Positions 1 to 64,000 of a stretch of DNA of 64,000 nt are shown one piece after another. Below the pieces are notes generated by a model. It was not told the DNA's origin. It ran no database searches and worked only from the letters and a program-made list of their open reading frames with translations. Both the position numbers and the translations under genes were made by a program. The stretch spans positions 70,990,001 to 71,054,000 of the forward strand of contig OX638155.1 in NCBI GenBank assembly GCA_951804945.1, written 5' to 3'. Origin of the DNA: Podarcis cretensis. Taxonomy: Eukaryota. The first letter of the stretch is position 1. Every line of letters begins with the position of its first letter.

Positions 1-220
1 AATTTGGGTGGCTTTAAAATGGAATTAGGCAAATTCTTAGAACTATCCATTAAGAATTATAGCAAATTCTAAGGCTATCAATGGCTACTAGCCATAATGG
101 CTGTGTTCGGCCCTAATATCTGAATATCTGTTTCTGGGCAACAGCAGCATCAGAGTGCAGTTGTCGTGTTTGTGGAACTTCTCCAAAAAGCAACCAAAAG
201 CCACTTGAGAACTGGATACC
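1..220 (+). mobile_element. CR1-type LINE 3' fragment (decayed)
   Basis: GGCTTTAAAATGGAATTAGGCAAATTC...GCTATCAATGGCTACTAGCCA resembles the CR1 ORF2 end/3' UTR of reptiles (recognised by eye). Confidence 0.55.
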
Positions 221-435
221 CAGCCGCCTCCTCTTCTGAAATGTCCTGAAATGTTTCAGAAACGTCTCGAAAGTGGTGTTGAACTATGCAAGTTGAGCAT
301 AGATTTAGGCTTGCTTTGTTTGCATAGGAACCCCATTGTCATTGTGGAAACTGTGACGCCTCTAACACAGCAGGACACAGAATACACACCTGCACGCACA
401 AACAGACCCTTACCTCCCTATGTTGTTACACTCAC

Positions 436-597
436 CTCTTCCGCTGTCCAGAAGGAAGCTTGCGCCTGCTTGTACATTTTCCAAATGTCTGGATACTGGA
501 TGGGGAAGATGACAAACCGGCGAGGGTTTTTCCTTAAAAGAGGCTCTTCGCCCGATTTTAAACCATCCTCAGTCTCGCCTGAAGACGGCAACAATCT
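436..597 (-). CDS. RRM2B: RRM2B (p53R2) coding exon 2; gene continues off the left edge
   Basis: TTTAG acceptor at 600-598, GTGAG donor at 435; 162 nt encoding [54 protein letters not shown], the R2-subunit N-terminal signature; position next to UBR5 indicates RRM2B rather than RRM2. Confidence 0.95.
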
Positions 598-622
598 CTA
601 AAGCAAGAACACAACGAGTAGT

Positions 623-1045
623 CAATAACATCGGCCCAGAGATGGAAAGAAGATAAAAGTCTCAACCAGAGAAGAATGGCAGATTAAGTTGATGAATTAT
701 GCTGAAATGGTAAAAATGACCGGAGGAATCAAAAATCAGGAAGACCAAAATTTTAATAAGTAATGGGGGGAATTTATAATTTAGCTTAAAAATAATTGTA
801 AACAGTTAAAATCGTTAGTAGGATTGGAATAACACTTGTAGTTTAATGGTGAATTTTGAATATAATGGAGATGTAAAAGATTTGGATTATTATAAAAGAT
901 GCAGGAGGAAATGACTAACATTGGGACCCAGAAAGGGGAGAAGGGAAGTCCAGGAGATTCTTTGGAATCTTGTTTTTATGATGTATGTTGCATATGTGAT
1001 TGTAAAACTTTAACTGAAAAACCAAATAAATAATTTTTCAAAAAG
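623..1045 (+). mobile_element. L1-type LINE 3' fragment in RRM2B intron 1
   Basis: Decayed ORF2 C-terminus (AQRWKED..TREEWQIKLMNYAEMVKMTGGIKNQEDQNFNK*WGEFII*LKNNCK), AT-rich 3' UTR, AATAAA and A-rich end; degenerate flanking duplication GAACACAAcGAGTaGT / GAACACAAGAGTcGT. Confidence 0.75.
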
Positions 1046-1059
1046 TAAACGAACACAAG

Positions 1060-1670
1060 AGTCGTAGAGGGTGCGCTGGTTTTCTACGCCGCCTCGCTGA
1101 AAACTCAATGACGTATTATATAACCTAAGTTTTACTCGGACGTCAGAGCCACGGAGCGCAGCGGAGTTGACTCCCGAGTAAGCGCGAGCATAGGATCGCG
1201 GCCCTGGAGCTCGATCCTGCCCCCCTTCGCCCGATCCTGCGGTCGCCTGCTCGGGTTCGACGGGGGTCTGATCCCCAGGAAACGCGCGCACCCATCCGGG
1301 GAGATGGAGATCCCAAATCTGCCCTGCTCACCTCGTCCCCCTGCGGCCTAGCAGCGCCGCACGACGCAGGGCGCTCCCGTTGCTCGCCCATGGCCCCGCA
1401 GAGAGCCCGGCCCGGGAGCAACGCCGGCGAGGGGAAGGCGGCGCCGACGGACGACGGGGACCTGCGCGCAGCAGCAGCAACCGGCAGCCCTGCAAGGGCA
1501 ACGGCGTCGGAGAGGCCTCGACTCGGAGGCTCCTCCTCCCAGAGGCGGGATTGTGTGCGGCCGAAACGGAAGGCAAGTGCTCGCGCTCCCTCTACAAAAC
1601 TGAGTCGTCCTTTAAGTCAAGGCGCAAACACAGGTCGAGACCATAGTTCGAGACCTCAGTGGCCGGGAAA
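1060..1670. promoter_or_regulatory. CpG island / RRM2B promoter
   Basis: Strongly GC- and CpG-rich block spanning RRM2B exon 1; CRE-like TGACGTA (1109) and GGACGTCA (1138), ETS-like CGGAAG near 1568. Confidence 0.85.
1332..1391 (-). CDS. RRM2B: RRM2B coding exon 1
   Basis: GCCATGG Kozak; 60 nt encoding MGEQRERPASCGAARPQGDE then GAG|GTGAG donor, phase 0 matching exon 2. Confidence 0.88.
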
Positions 1671-2767
1671 AAGTTTAAGCTTAAAAAATGTGAACTGGAA
1701 GGTATGTAAAACAATGTTTTATCGTGCAATCGAGTTTGCATATTCACCCATCAGCCATGGGTGCTTCGGTTGAGATTTCTGCATTGCTTGGGACTAGATG
1801 ATAGTTCCAGAGATCTGTTATTATGCTAAACTGATCATCCCAGAGGATCTTGCCCCCTTAAGAGCACTTATTAGTTCTACCTGAAAATGCAGAGATTGAA
1901 CTTGACCAAGCTTTTGAAGGACACCAAATTGGGCTGTGTACACGCCTATATCTTTAAAACCCATTTTAAGCACATTTCAACCAACAGAGAATTACAGGCC
2001 CAGTAGTTTAAGGAACTGTAGCTCTGTGAAGGTTAAACTACAGTGCCCAAAGTGCTTTGAAGGGATCAGAGTGGTCAAAACAAAAATGAATGGCAAAAAG
2101 CTCCCGAGGATCTCTCCAAATGGGGTGAATGGACAAGAGAATGGCAAATGTGATTTCATATAAGTAATATATAGGGATAGAGTTTGAGTTGTTTTAAATG
2201 CAGTAAACTTATGAGGATCTGAAAGCTGCCTCCTCTCATTTCTAGATGGTCATTATTTCAATGGACAGCCTCTGTTGGAAAGCATCAGTTGCCAAGATAA
2301 TATGCACAAAAGGATATTATTTGAAGATCACAAGATCATATCATCATCATCAAACCTTTTATTGGCATCACATACAAACATCCATAGCAAATCAATACAG
2401 AATTCCCGCCTTCCCAGTGACACAAAACATTTGTCAAATGGAAGAGGCAAAGCAGTCTAACATTACATCTCTAGGTGTCCAGGGAGATCAGATGTCTGCA
2501 ATGTGTTTCGATGACAAAAAACCAGATAAAGATGTTTAGCCGCTAACTTGGTGAGCACCTGATTATTCCCCAATAATAGAAAATGTATGACCTCTAACTC
2601 TGGTTTCCATTTGGGATGCAGAGTTGATCTAGGAACTGCTGGCAGAGATCAACATATAGTTTACATTTAAGAACCATATGTGTAAGAGTTTCCACCTGAT
2701 GGTCTTCACATGGGCAAATTCTTTCTCCTTCCACCATTCCCGAGAACCGTCATTAGTGGAAGCATCA

Positions 2768-2843
2768 ACTTGAGCTCCGCATCACTTGTGCAGTTTTTAT
2801 TAGTTTGACTTGAGCTCCGCATCAGCTGTGCGGTTTTTATTAG
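2768..2843. repeat. ~40 bp tandem duplication
   Basis: ACTTGAGCTCCGCATCAcTTGTGCaGTTTTTATTAG occurs twice in tandem with few mismatches. Confidence 0.8.
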
Positions 2844-3116
2844 GTTTTTTCAGTTTTTATCAGCCTCAGTATTTTATCTACAACATTTGGCAGCTTTTCC
2901 TTAACTAATATATTCACAAAGCTTGAGTTAAAAGCTCAAGTTAAAAGTCTTAGAGAAAGTCCTGGAAAGTCTCGGGGAAAGCCTTAATTAGCTCCAGCTC
3001 GACTCAGTCTACCAACTAATTATCAGCAGGAGTGGCGATTAATTGCTCTATTTTGGGAGGACGCAGAGCTTTCCAATTTACAGCAGAAATTAGTAGTGGC
3101 TGCATCTCCAGGAAAA

Positions 3117-3945
3117 TGACTAGGAAAAATAAGTGACTGGTCTCATCTCCACAAGTGAGCCCACAGCAGAAGTGCAAGCAGAGTAAACTGGATGATTTAA
3201 TAAAAGGACAGAATTCAGAACCTACCACATCCAACAGAGCACATTCCCAGGTAGGTGGGGATGCTTTAATGGGTGGAGATCATCCAGGGGAGAATGCTGA
3301 GACGAGTGCCCATGAACTATCCCATGAACTACTATCAGAGGGGGCACCGCTCTATGCAGAAATACTCGCAGACCACTGTCTGCTGACTGCAAGAACAGTG
3401 GAGGAAATTAACAGCAAATTAGAAAAGGTACTGTATTTTTTTCTCTATAAGTCTCACTTTTTCCCTCCTAAAAAGTAAGGGGAAATGTGTGTGCGTCTTA
3501 TGGAGCGAATGCAGGCTGCGCAGCTATCACAGAAGCCAGAACAGCAAGAGGGATTGCTGCTTTCACTGTGCAGCGATCCCTCTTGCTGTTCTGGCTTCTG
3601 AGATTCAGAATATTTTTTTTCTTGTTTCGCTCCTCCAAAAACTAGGTGCATCTTGTGGTCTGGTGCGTCTTATAGAGCGAAAAATACAGTAACTTCTCTT
3701 CTAACTGAGTTGGTCTTCTGGCAACCAGAAATAGCTCCCTCAATTCTAAAGAGGCCGACCACAGCGTTGTCCTCCCCCATGGGACTTGATAACCTGATAA
3801 CCGAGAGACTATGAATAGTAAAAATAACAATAGTGAAAGTAGGAACCTAATCCTACAAAGCACTCAAGTAGCTCTCGATATATATCCTTTCAATGGTAAG
3901 CTGCCTTACTGGAAATCAACTGACAGCGTGAAGAGAAACTTTAAG
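3117..3945 (+). mobile_element. Decayed LINE ORF1-like reading frame interrupted by a MITE
   Basis: MTRKNK*LVSSPQVSPQQKCKQSKLDD...LTARTVEEINSKLEKV continues in frame (TSLLTELVFWQPEIAPS...) once the 3431-3689 insert is removed; family assignment is inference. Confidence 0.45.
3431..3689. mobile_element. Tc1/mariner-pogo type MITE
   Basis: TIRs CTGTATTTTT..CTCTATAAG / CTTATAGAGCGAAAAATACAG with TA target duplication on both sides. Confidence 0.85.
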
Positions 3946-4304
3946 CAGAGAACATATGGAAGAAGGCATGAGATTATATGTTAAAAGTAGCACTTGGTAT
4001 TTGGCCTGGAACCTCACTGGTAACCAGAGCAGCTCTTCTGAGGACTGGTATCCTGCGGTCTCTTTGGCATGCCTAGTAATCTTGCTGCTGCACTTTGGAT
4101 CAGTTGTCATTTCTGAACATTCAAAGGCAGGCTTATAGTAAGGGCAGTGCAATCTTGAGGTTAGTAGGGCATATATCACAGTGGTCTGTTACTTATCAGG
4201 AGAGGATGTAGCAAAAGTACCCTCTGGTTAGAAAACAGACACTCCTGGCCACAAATAACACTCAAGCACCAAGGAGCAGAACATCCAAGGTGGAGGAACT
4301 GCAG

Positions 4305-4432
4305 TGACACTGCTTTCAGTGTGGTGGTACCAAACCTGTGGAACTCCCTGCCAACCGAGATTAGGCAGACGCCCCTCCTTGCTGAGATTCAGATAAGTGA
4401 CTAAAACTTTCTTGTTCCAGTATGCTTTTTAA
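4305..4432 (+). mobile_element. L2 LINE ORF2 C-terminal fragment
   Basis: Translates AFSVVVPNLWNSLPTEIRQ..., the typical L2 end motif. Confidence 0.7.
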
Positions 4433-6392
4433 GGTAGTGTTCAGTTGTATGATCAATTGCTCAGAATAATTGTAATATTTTGTTGAAATGAAGCAGTGCA
4501 TTTCTTACATTGGGAGGCAGTTTGACTAGACTAATGCCCAATTCCCTTCCAAACTCTCTGGTTCTGTGGTATGGATTCAGCTAAACAGCTGCGCTAGTGA
4601 GAGGAGTGCACGAGTACAAGAACAATCTCCCCTCTCCTCTCCCATGGGCCCCCCCAAATCAGCTCTAGGGGGTCAGGAGAGCCCTCAAAACTCACAGGGG
4701 GGAGGCAGCAAGATCGTTCCACCTAGCAAGCTGAAATGCTTGTGCTGATGGAGCCATGGTAATAGCACAACAGTGAATTCTACCGTCTGATTCTATTACC
4801 TTCAAAGCTCTGAAAAACTATAGGCTATATACATGTCTGTAGCCTATACATAAAGCCGTAAACCTAGAGGATTAATTTGCCATCCTGTTTATAACTTAAT
4901 GACTGCAATCCAAGTCAGAGGGACGACTCGAGAAATGTTCCGCTGAAAGATGTCATAGCAAAACCGTATGCCCATCTCAGCCTCCAAGGTAACTTGAATG
5001 GACACTTCTTCACTAGAAGTATTTACTTAGGTATATGACCCTGCAAAGATGAGAGGGTTGAGCATTAACTCATTCGGCAATAATCACAATCTGTTATTGA
5101 CCTCTCTTTGGTTCCAAAGTTGACCTTTGCTCAGTGTCTGGCCAGCCAAAAAAGCTTTTGGAAGATTGTGTTGAAATTCTTGCAATGTAAGGAGCCTCAA
5201 AAGATTTCGTCTGGTGGTATTCAAATATTTATCTGGAATGCATACTTGTTTTTAAAAATATATCCTAAAACTCATGCAGCATTTTTGTGGGTCATGCAGT
5301 GCACTGAAGATGATGTCATAGATGGAGGTGCATAAGACTATAATCAACTCCACCAAGACTAGAGTAACCCATGAAAATCAGTTCACCTTAAAGCCTTAAA
5401 GCCTAGAGAGCCTTAAAACAAATGGATTTCATGTATATTTCAATCGTTTCAAGATCACTCTTGCTTGCAGGTACCTGGTAGAGTGAAATAAAATATCCAT
5501 CTCCTGCAACTTTCACAAACCCCTTGGCACATAACGGCAGGGGTGAATGAAGAGCTGTATTCCAAACCATCTTAGCATTGGTGAAGGCCTATCTGCCACA
5601 TAATTCTTATTTGTGTCTTTCTTTGCAGTACTTGTACTGTACTTTTCAGTTTACCAAGATGCTTATTTCAGGGATTTACATGCGATGATTTACTGGTGTC
5701 TTTCCTATTAAATGTCCCATCTCAAATCCTTTGTTTTAGTTGGGTAGCGCAGGACTGCTTGCCAAACAGTAAAGGATATGTAAGATAGCAGTTGTTAGAC
5801 ATCTAAACAAGTTTATATTTAGTTTCAAATTGCTGCTTGCAAAATGAGACAATTGTTGCATTGTATGTCTGCTTGAAAGACTGAGGCCCCATTTAACATT
5901 TGCTGCTCACTCCATCTCAGGTTAGGCTTAACTAATGGAAAAATAACAAAATCAAGCAATATACAGTGAATAATTGTGAACACACAATAATGAAATGTGG
6001 CACAAACAGGCTGCGGTGCTTGACCCTCTCTCACATTGTCCTTGTGGATGATGGTGACAGACTACCCCTTCCCTACCCCCAACACCATCTCCTGGCAGAA
6101 GACCAAGAACCCATGGTCAGCAGGCCAAAGTGACTCACACATGTTAACTTCAAGCCAATGGGCTCAATAACTACCAGGCAAACAGGCTTAAGAAGAAACC
6201 CAGTTCCATTTTTGAAATCTGGGAGCATTAGTATCAGCTTTCAAACCAGCACTGTGTGTTGCAATACACAATCGAAGAAACCACATCTAGCTTCAAAGAA
6301 TAAAGTTTTCCTATTGCTTTGCTTTTGCTTTTACTCTATACCACATATTTAAAAGAAACTAACTTAAGCCAGACAGCAATGTGGTGTACAAT

Positions 6393-6398
6393 TTTAAT
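6393..6398 (-). terminator. Candidate distal UBR5 poly(A) signal (ATTAAA)
   Basis: Minus strand TTTATTAAAATTGTACACCAC followed by GU/U-rich downstream sequence. Confidence 0.5.
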
Positions 6399-6744
6399 AA
6401 ACATTTCTTATGAAAAGCTTGATACTGTTCAAATATACAGAGAAAAGCTATTTATATAGCTACATATACATCTTGAGTCAATGACTACAGCATAAATCAT
6501 TCTAGCTTTCCCCTTCGGTTAGAGTATCAGCAAAGTGTTTTCTACATGTATATATTTTCTTTTTAGGCTACTATATCAGGCTTGTTGACTGTGTAGTTTT
6601 ATCCTGCTGTGATTGTTGTAAAACAGCTATGTTATATACATAATTATACATATAACATATGAATATGCTATATATACACAGGTTATATATAACAATACTT
6701 TACAATATACACAGCCTTTCATAAGAGGGCTCTGGAAGAGATTA

Positions 6745-6880
6745 ACCTTATTAAGCCTCAACACCTCAGTGAGGTAGGTAGCTATCATTATTTTACAGAA
6801 TGTGAGTAAGAGGCCCAGAGACATTAAGTAACTTGCCATAAAAGCCAGTAGCAGATTCAGGAACAGAATCCAAAATTTTA
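6745..6880 (-). mobile_element. MIR/CORE-SINE relic
   Basis: GTGAGGTAGGTA..ATTATTTTACAGA..GAGGCCCAGAGACATTAAGTAACTTGCC matches the MIR core read antisense. Confidence 0.65.
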
Positions 6881-8365
6881 TATCCACTGAATACATCACC
6901 AGAAACTCCATCCTTATCCCTCAAAGGGCTGTCAAAGGGGAAACTAATTAGTTCATCAATACATGCAGGGGGGGAAATATTTTTAAAAAGCACCTGCAGT
7001 TGTTCCCTAACTATACAAGTCTGGCACAGTCACCTTTAAGAGAACAAACAGTCTTCAGAGTCTACTGCATGGAGGTCAGAGATGTGCTCTAGCGAGCTTC
7101 CCCAAGGCCTGTCAGAGTTAGATTTTTCCATAGAAGGCAGCCATTCTATTTTTAAGCTAAGGCAGAAAGGGGCTTGAATGCTGTTGTTAAGGGTGAGTGG
7201 GGGAGAGGAGCAGTTTTCCACTTTGGTAGAAATTTAAGCAAGTTTGCAGCGATGTGCTGTTCTCTCCCCACCCACCCCCCAGCCAAGAACCATGGGGACA
7301 GGGGAACAACTGAAGCCAACAATCATAATGGAAAGAGTTTTATGTCTAGTAGGAGATGGTGAGCAAGCAACAACACAGAGCCTCCCCCTTTCATACATCA
7401 CTTAAGAACTAAACAAAACGGGATCCTGGCGTACTGAAATACAATAGGACTCTCTCCCCTTCATTGTAAAAATGTTTAATTAAAAAAAAAAAAAAGCAAG
7501 CACTCAGCGCACCACAATACATTTGGCAAACTTTTCTTTGTGCTGATTGAACAAAACTACATTACACCTCCATCTTGTACAGCCTGATGAAAACAAGAGA
7601 GCTTGCCAGGGCAGGGCAGTTCTGCTAACTGTAAAATGTGGGCTGAATTCCTTCCATTTCGACTGAAGATGAGAATGAGTTTTATTGACTTATGAAATTT
7701 AGAGTGGCTTAGTGAATGACTGTGGTGTGTGGTGATAACTAGGATTATACAGGCTATATAAATAAAAACTATTGTTTCTTCAGTATGACTTTGTACTTTT
7801 GTCTGTAATTTATTAAAAACTGTAACAAGATACTTAAAAAAGGCTAGATACAAAAGTAGTTAAGCTGCTCACGAACATTAAATTTTTTCAAAATGTACCT
7901 TCAAATAATCATGATCTTATAAACATTTTACAGTTACCAGGTAGTGCCTAGGCTGAAATTTTAAACAGTCTGAGACACAGCAGAACAAGTGTCCAGGTTG
8001 GAGTTGGAAGTGGAACAACCTTCTGACTGATTGCTCGAGGAAAGAGGGATACAAAAATGTTGATTGTGAACGATTAAATACTGTGCATTGGCTTCCTTGT
8101 TATGTACAAAAAGATCCTCACTAAGGTATACAGATTACATGCAAAACATTAGTGGTGGTATTTGTGTGCCAGAGTCCAATGCAAAGAGACAAAACTTGCA
8201 ATGGCAGTGGTTTTTTGTAAGCAAACGTGAATGATTTCAACTCTTAGCTCTAACTGGCAAGAACTTTTTACAAGTTCAATATACATGATGCACAACTGCA
8301 GCCAACCACAAAATTAAACACCATTAAAAAAAAAGTTAAAATAAAACACAGAACATACTTCATCT

Positions 8366-8371
8366 TTTATT
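8366..8371 (-). terminator. Proximal UBR5 poly(A) signal (AATAAA)
   Basis: AATAAA ~390 nt after the stop, followed by TGTTCTGTGTTTTATTTT downstream element. Confidence 0.7.
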
Positions 8372-8762
8372 TTGAAATTCCCTACTCCCTCTATACAAGA
8401 ACCTTTGCTGAAGCACTTTCCACAAAGGCAGCAGTGAATTTTCTTAGAACATTTTACATATTCCTTCCCCACCCTCCCCCGGCAAAAAGCTAAATCACAG
8501 TGTAATTTATATTGTTCTGCTGTCATCTTTGGCTGGGGTTGGCCAGGAAGCCGGCAACTAGCAAATGGTTACAGTCCGACATTGCTAGTGCTCCTTCGGC
8601 CCCTTGGGTTGCAAACTTAGTACAGGAATGTTGCATTTAGTCATTGCAATACCAGCAGGGAGAGTATGACAGCATTAACTTTCATAAACTTTTATAGACA
8701 AATGGAAAATCTACAAAAAAACTAGCTATTAATATTACACAGCAATACACACTTTTTATACT

Positions 8763-63633
<54,871 letters not shown>

Positions 63634-64000
63634 CTGAAAACAAAAAGCAAGCATGAGTAACATTTTTAAAGACTCCTTAACTCTGAGAAATAAACCAAGT
63701 GGCATATGGAATGTATAATGAATATAGCTGTAACATCTGAAACTGATTAAAGATGAACATTAGTTGCAGCAACCCAATGTATCTTCAGCCATAAGACAAA
63801 AAAGAACAAAATGTTAAAAGCCACCAGGGAACGTTATACTATATTTCAATAATGTATTTTCCAATACATATCTTTATGAAGCAGTGTTCCCCAAGTGCTA
63901 TTTTCTAACAATAGCTGTGAAATATACAGCAGAAGCCAGTTTTAACCCTGCCTATGCACTTCAATTCATTTAAGTGCTAAACTCATTTTTAATGCTAAAC

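Noticed and set aside
251-601. 116 aa plus-strand ORF
   Set aside because: Antisense shadow of RRM2B exon 2
1010-1773. Several overlapping 80-130 aa ORFs
   Set aside because: Expected from stop-codon scarcity in a CpG island; only 1332-1391 has Kozak, donor and phase support

Overview
Vertebrate genomic DNA, almost certainly from a squamate reptile and probably a lacertid lizard (inferred from Sauria-type SINEs with (ACCTTT)n tails and other squamate repeats). Most of the window is UBR5 (HECT E3 ubiquitin ligase EDD/HYD) on the minus strand. I traced 57 coding exons from 63633 down to the stop at 8763 (exons 3-59 by human numbering, from memory). Splice phases are consistent, one intron is GC-AG, and exon 9 is partly hidden by a 148-N gap. 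Downstream lie a 3' UTR with tandem poly(A) signals and the CpG-island promoter plus first two coding exons of RRM2B (p53R2, minus strand), the same gene order as in human. Introns carry many transposon relics: L1, L2, CR1, SINEs, hAT and Tc1/pogo MITEs, a DIRS-like fragment and a Penelope-like fragment. The most notable observations are: a minimal hammerhead ribozyme in the sense strand of UBR5 intron 6; a 5'-inverted (twin-primed) L1 with a clean TSD; inverted Sauria SINEs bracketing exons 20-33; an L1 inserted at the RRM2B intron-1 branch-point region; and splice/poly(A) signals suggesting a divergent lncRNA from the RRM2B promoter. I found no prokaryote-style system (CRISPR etc.), and no clearly novel protein-coding gene is supported.
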